NCBI GenBank assembly: GCA_964373965.1
Contig: CAYJXE010000016.1
Coordinates: forward strand, 23,328 to 87,327
DNA: 64,000 nucleotides
Direction: 5' to 3'
From: an uncultured Aquabacterium sp.
GTDB lineage: Bacteria; Pseudomonadota; Gammaproteobacteria; Burkholderiales; Burkholderiaceae_C
Each line of letters opens with the position of its first letter. Positions within the stretch are counted from its first letter, which is position 1. The translations under genes were made by a program, and so were the position numbers. Shown here piece after piece: positions 61,568 to 64,000 of this stretch. The notes under the pieces were generated by a model, which was given only the letters and a program-made list of their open reading frames with translations, ran no database searches and was not told the DNA's origin.

Positions 61568-63523
61568 ATGACCGACGCTTCTCGTGACCTCATCGATGCC
61601 GAACTGCCGCAAGGCAACGAGGCCACCGAAATCAACCAGGAAACCGCTGCCGAACCCACCGGCCCCAACTTCGCAGAGCTGGGCCTGAGCCCCGAGCTGT
61701 GCAAGGCCCTGGCCGACTCCGGCTACACCCAGCCCACCGGCGTTCAGATCAAGGCCATCCCGGCCGCCATGAACGGCGCCGACCTGCGCGTGGCCTCGTC
61801 CACCGGCTCCGGCAAGACCGCCGCCTTCATGCTGCCCGCACTGGAGCGCATCGTGGCAGCCCGTGGCGACAGCAAGCGCCGCGACACCCCGGGCGGCAAG
61901 GGCAAGGTGCACGGCCCCCGCGTGCTGGTGCTGGCCCCGACCCGCGAACTCGCCATGCAAGTCGCCAAGGCCGCCTCCACCTACGGCAAGCACATGCAAG
62001 GCCTGCGCGTGGCCACCATCGTGGGCGGTGTGCCTTATGGCTACCAGCTCAAGGCCCTCAAAGGCCCGCTGGACGTGCTGATCGCCACCCCCGGCCGCCT
62101 GCTGGACCACCTCAACACCGGCGCCGCCGTGCTGTCCAACCTGGAAGTGCTGGTGCTCGACGAGGCCGACCGCATGCTGGACATGGGCTTCATCGATGAC
62201 ATCGAAGCCATCGCCGACGCCACCCCGGCCGAGCGCCAGACCCTGATGTTCTCGGCCACCTTCGCCGGTCACGTCGGCCAACTGGCTCAGCGCCTGACCC
62301 GCGACGCCCTGAGCATCGAAGTGGCCTCGCACACCGACAGCCACGACAACATCGAGCAGCGCCTGCACATGGCCGACTCGCTGGTGCACAAGAACAAGCT
62401 GCTGGACCACCTGCTGGCAGACAAGGCCGTTGACCAGGCCGTGATCTTCACCAGCACCCAGCGCGACGCCGACATCCTGGCTGACCGCCTGGCCGACATG
62501 GGTCACGCCGTGGCCGCTCTGCACGGTGGCATGCCGCAAGGCCGTCGCAACCGCGTGCTGCAAGGCCTGCGCATGCGCCAGCTGCGCGTGCTGGTCGCCA
62601 CCGACGTGGCCGCCCGCGGCATCGACGTGCCGACCATCACCCACGTGATCAACTACGGCATGCCCATGAAGGCAGAGGACTACGTGCACCGCATTGGCCG
62701 CACCGGTCGCGCTGGCCGCTCGGGCCTGGCCGTGACCCTGGTCGAGCGCCGCGACATCGGCATGCTGCGCCGCATCGAGCGCTTCACCACCCATCGCATC
62801 GCCGAATCGGTGATCGAAGGCATGGAGCCGCAAACCAAGCTGTTCAACGACAGGGGCCCGCGTCATGACAAGCCGATGCCCGGCCATGGCCGACGTGGCG
62901 GTGGTTTTGGCGGCGGCTTCGGTGGTGGCGACCGCTTCGGTGGCAAGCGCGAAGGTGGCTGGGGCGACCGCAACGACCGTGGTGGCGAGCGTGGCTTCGC
63001 CCCGCGTGAAGACCGTGGTTTCGCACCCCGCGATGACCGTGGCTTCCAGCCGCGCCCGGATCAGCGCTTCAACGGCCCGTCCGAAGACCGTGGCTTTGCA
63101 CCGCGTGACGACCGTGGTGGTTTCGGCGGCGGCGAGCGCAAGCGCTTCGACGACCGTGGCAACTTTGGCAACAAGCCCTTTGGTGACAAGCCTTTCGGCG
63201 GCAAGCCCTTCGGCAACAAGCCTTTCGGCGATCGCCAGTTCGGCGACCGCCCGCAAGGCGAGCGCAGCTTCGGCGGCGACCGCCCCTTCGAGAAGAAGTC
63301 CTTCGACAAGCCGGCCGGCAAGTCGTTCGGGGACAAGCCCTTCGGTGACAAGCCGTTTGGCGGCAAGGGCGGCAAGGCCTTCGGTGGCAAGCCCTTTGGC
63401 GAGAAGTCGTTCGGCGAGCGCTCGTTTGGTGACAAGCCGTTTGGCGACAAGCCCTTCGGCAACAAGGGCGGCTTCAAGCCCGCTGGCGGCAAGCGCCCTG
63501 GCTTTGGCAAGCGCGAGGGCTGA
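61568..63523 (+). CDS. DEAD-box RNA helicase (RhlE-like) with long repetitive C-terminal tail
   Basis: Q motif FAELGL..YTQPTGVQ, STGSGKT, PTRELA, TPGRL, DEAD, SAT, ARGID, HRIGRTGRAG. Confidence 0.94.
   Translation: MTDASRDLIDAELPQGNEATEINQETAAEPTGPNFAELGLSPELCKALADSGYTQPTGVQIKAIPAAMNGADLRVASSTGSGKTAAFMLPALERIVAARGDSKRRDTPGGKGKVHGPRVLVLAPTRELAMQVAKAASTYGKHMQGLRVATIVGGVPYGYQLKALKGPLDVLIATPGRLLDHLNTGAAVLSNLEVLVLDEADRMLDMGFIDDIEAIADATPAERQTLMFSATFAGHVGQLAQRLTRDALSIEVASHTDSHDNIEQRLHMADSLVHKNKLLDHLLADKAVDQAVIFTSTQRDADILADRLADMGHAVAALHGGMPQGRRNRVLQGLRMRQLRVLVATDVAARGIDVPTITHVINYGMPMKAEDYVHRIGRTGRAGRSGLAVTLVERRDIGMLRRIERFTTHRIAESVIEGMEPQTKLFNDRGPRHDKPMPGHGRRGGGFGGGFGGGDRFGGKREGGWGDRNDRGGERGFAPREDRGFAPRDDRGFQPRPDQRFNGPSEDRGFAPRDDRGGFGGGERKRFDDRGNFGNKPFGDKPFGGKPFGNKPFGDRQFGDRPQGERSFGGDRPFEKKSFDKPAGKSFGDKPFGDKPFGGKGGKAFGGKPFGEKSFGERSFGDKPFGDKPFGNKGGFKPAGGKRPGFGKREG
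62987..63460 (+). repeat. Coding tandem repeats: 24-bp (DRGFxPRx) then 15-bp (G[D/N/G/E]KPF) units
   Basis: ERGFAPRE-DRGFAPRD-DRGFQPRP..DRGFAPRD, followed by many GxKPF/GxxSF pentamers in the helicase tail. Confidence 0.85.
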
Positions 63524-63533
63524 TCAAGCCGAA

Positions 63534-63561
63534 GCGGTTTCAGCGGACTCGCTGAAACCGC
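63534..63561. terminator. Hairpin between the convergent helicase and lolA
   Basis: Perfect 12-bp stem GCGGTTTCAGCG-GACT-CGCTGAAACCGC; no clear U tract. Confidence 0.55.
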
Positions 63562-63659
63562 GAACGATGGGGCGCATGGGCCACGCCCGCTGAGCCCCGT
63601 CGTTCACCCCGAACCGAACGCCGTCCTGACGACGAAGCGCGCCAGCGCCATCGTTATCG

Positions 63660-63998
63660 TCAGGGCTGCTCCAGCACATCCGCCCCCTTGGGCGGCGTGA
63701 ATTGGAAGCGATCTGCCGCCAGCTTGGCGCGCGAATCGAACTGTGTGAACGTCAGGCGCGAACGCTGCCCGAAGCTGTCGAGGATCTCCAGCTCGGCCAG
63801 TTGCCCCTGCCGGAACCCCACACGCACCGACTGGAACTGCCCATCCTTGTTGCGAGGACGGGCCTCCACCCATTTCAGACCGGACGTTGCCTGTTGAGCC
63901 GTCGGGGTCGCGGACGCCGCACCCGATGATGACGCAGGCACGTCAATGGTCGCCACATTGCTGAGGACAAAGTCCCTCTCGAGGGCGCCACCTGCCAG
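63660..63998 (-). CDS. lolA: Outer-membrane lipoprotein carrier protein (3' part; start lies beyond the window)
   Basis: LAGGALERDFVL..WVEARPRNKDGQFQSVRVGF..LEILDSFGQRSRLTF..FQFTPPKGADVLEQ. Confidence 0.88.
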   Translation of the reverse strand: MAGGALERDFVLSNVATIDVPASSSGAASATPTAQQATSGLKWVEARPRNKDGQFQSVRVGFRQGQLAELEILDSFGQRSRLTFTQFDSRAKLAADRFQFTPPKGADVLEQP

Positions 63999-64000
63999 CA

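Noticed and set aside
61403-63256. 617-aa minus-strand ORF
   Set aside because: Antisense shadow of the DEAD-box helicase.
62987-63460. Tandem repeats considered as a CRISPR or REP array
   Set aside because: The repeats are in-frame coding units with synonymous variation, have no unique spacers, and no cas genes are nearby.

Overview
High-GC betaproteobacterial chromosome segment. Gene content and order suggest Burkholderiales, possibly an Aquabacterium/Rubrivivax-like lineage (inference). From left to right the window holds: the 3' part of a family I lipase; a sigma54/AcoR-controlled aldehyde dehydrogenase-DUF779 unit; ubiG-gph; a four-gene exopolysaccharide precursor module (wcaJ-like, EpsL-like outer-membrane protein, galE, manC); ubiJ-ubiB-SSS symporter-FmdB-DUF502-aspS-(CsgG-like)-nudB-ybhP-clsB; a cobalamin riboswitch-led uptake and cobinamide salvage operon; zapB-like/zapA/6S RNA; a degenerate GGDEF protein; a cytochrome P450 with a divergent AraC regulator; a PadR-controlled fadH-SnoaL-crotonase operon; two tandem membrane diguanylate cyclases; two uncharacterised paralogous membrane-anchored beta-strand proteins; a type VI secretion cluster lacking tssA, tssM, vgrG and PAAR within the window; rarA; a DEAD-box helicase with a long structured leader and a repetitive tail; and the 3' part of lolA. 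I found no transposase, integrase, tRNA, rRNA or CRISPR array. The best novelty candidate is the gene pair at 44405-45962, whose products look like very long beta-hairpins that could form a periplasm-spanning tube. Other notable items are a c-di-GMP receptor-like dead GGDEF, a double palindromic PadR operator, repeated leaderless-promoter geometry, and the incomplete T6SS. All calls come from motif reading and recalled family knowledge; no database search or computation was run.
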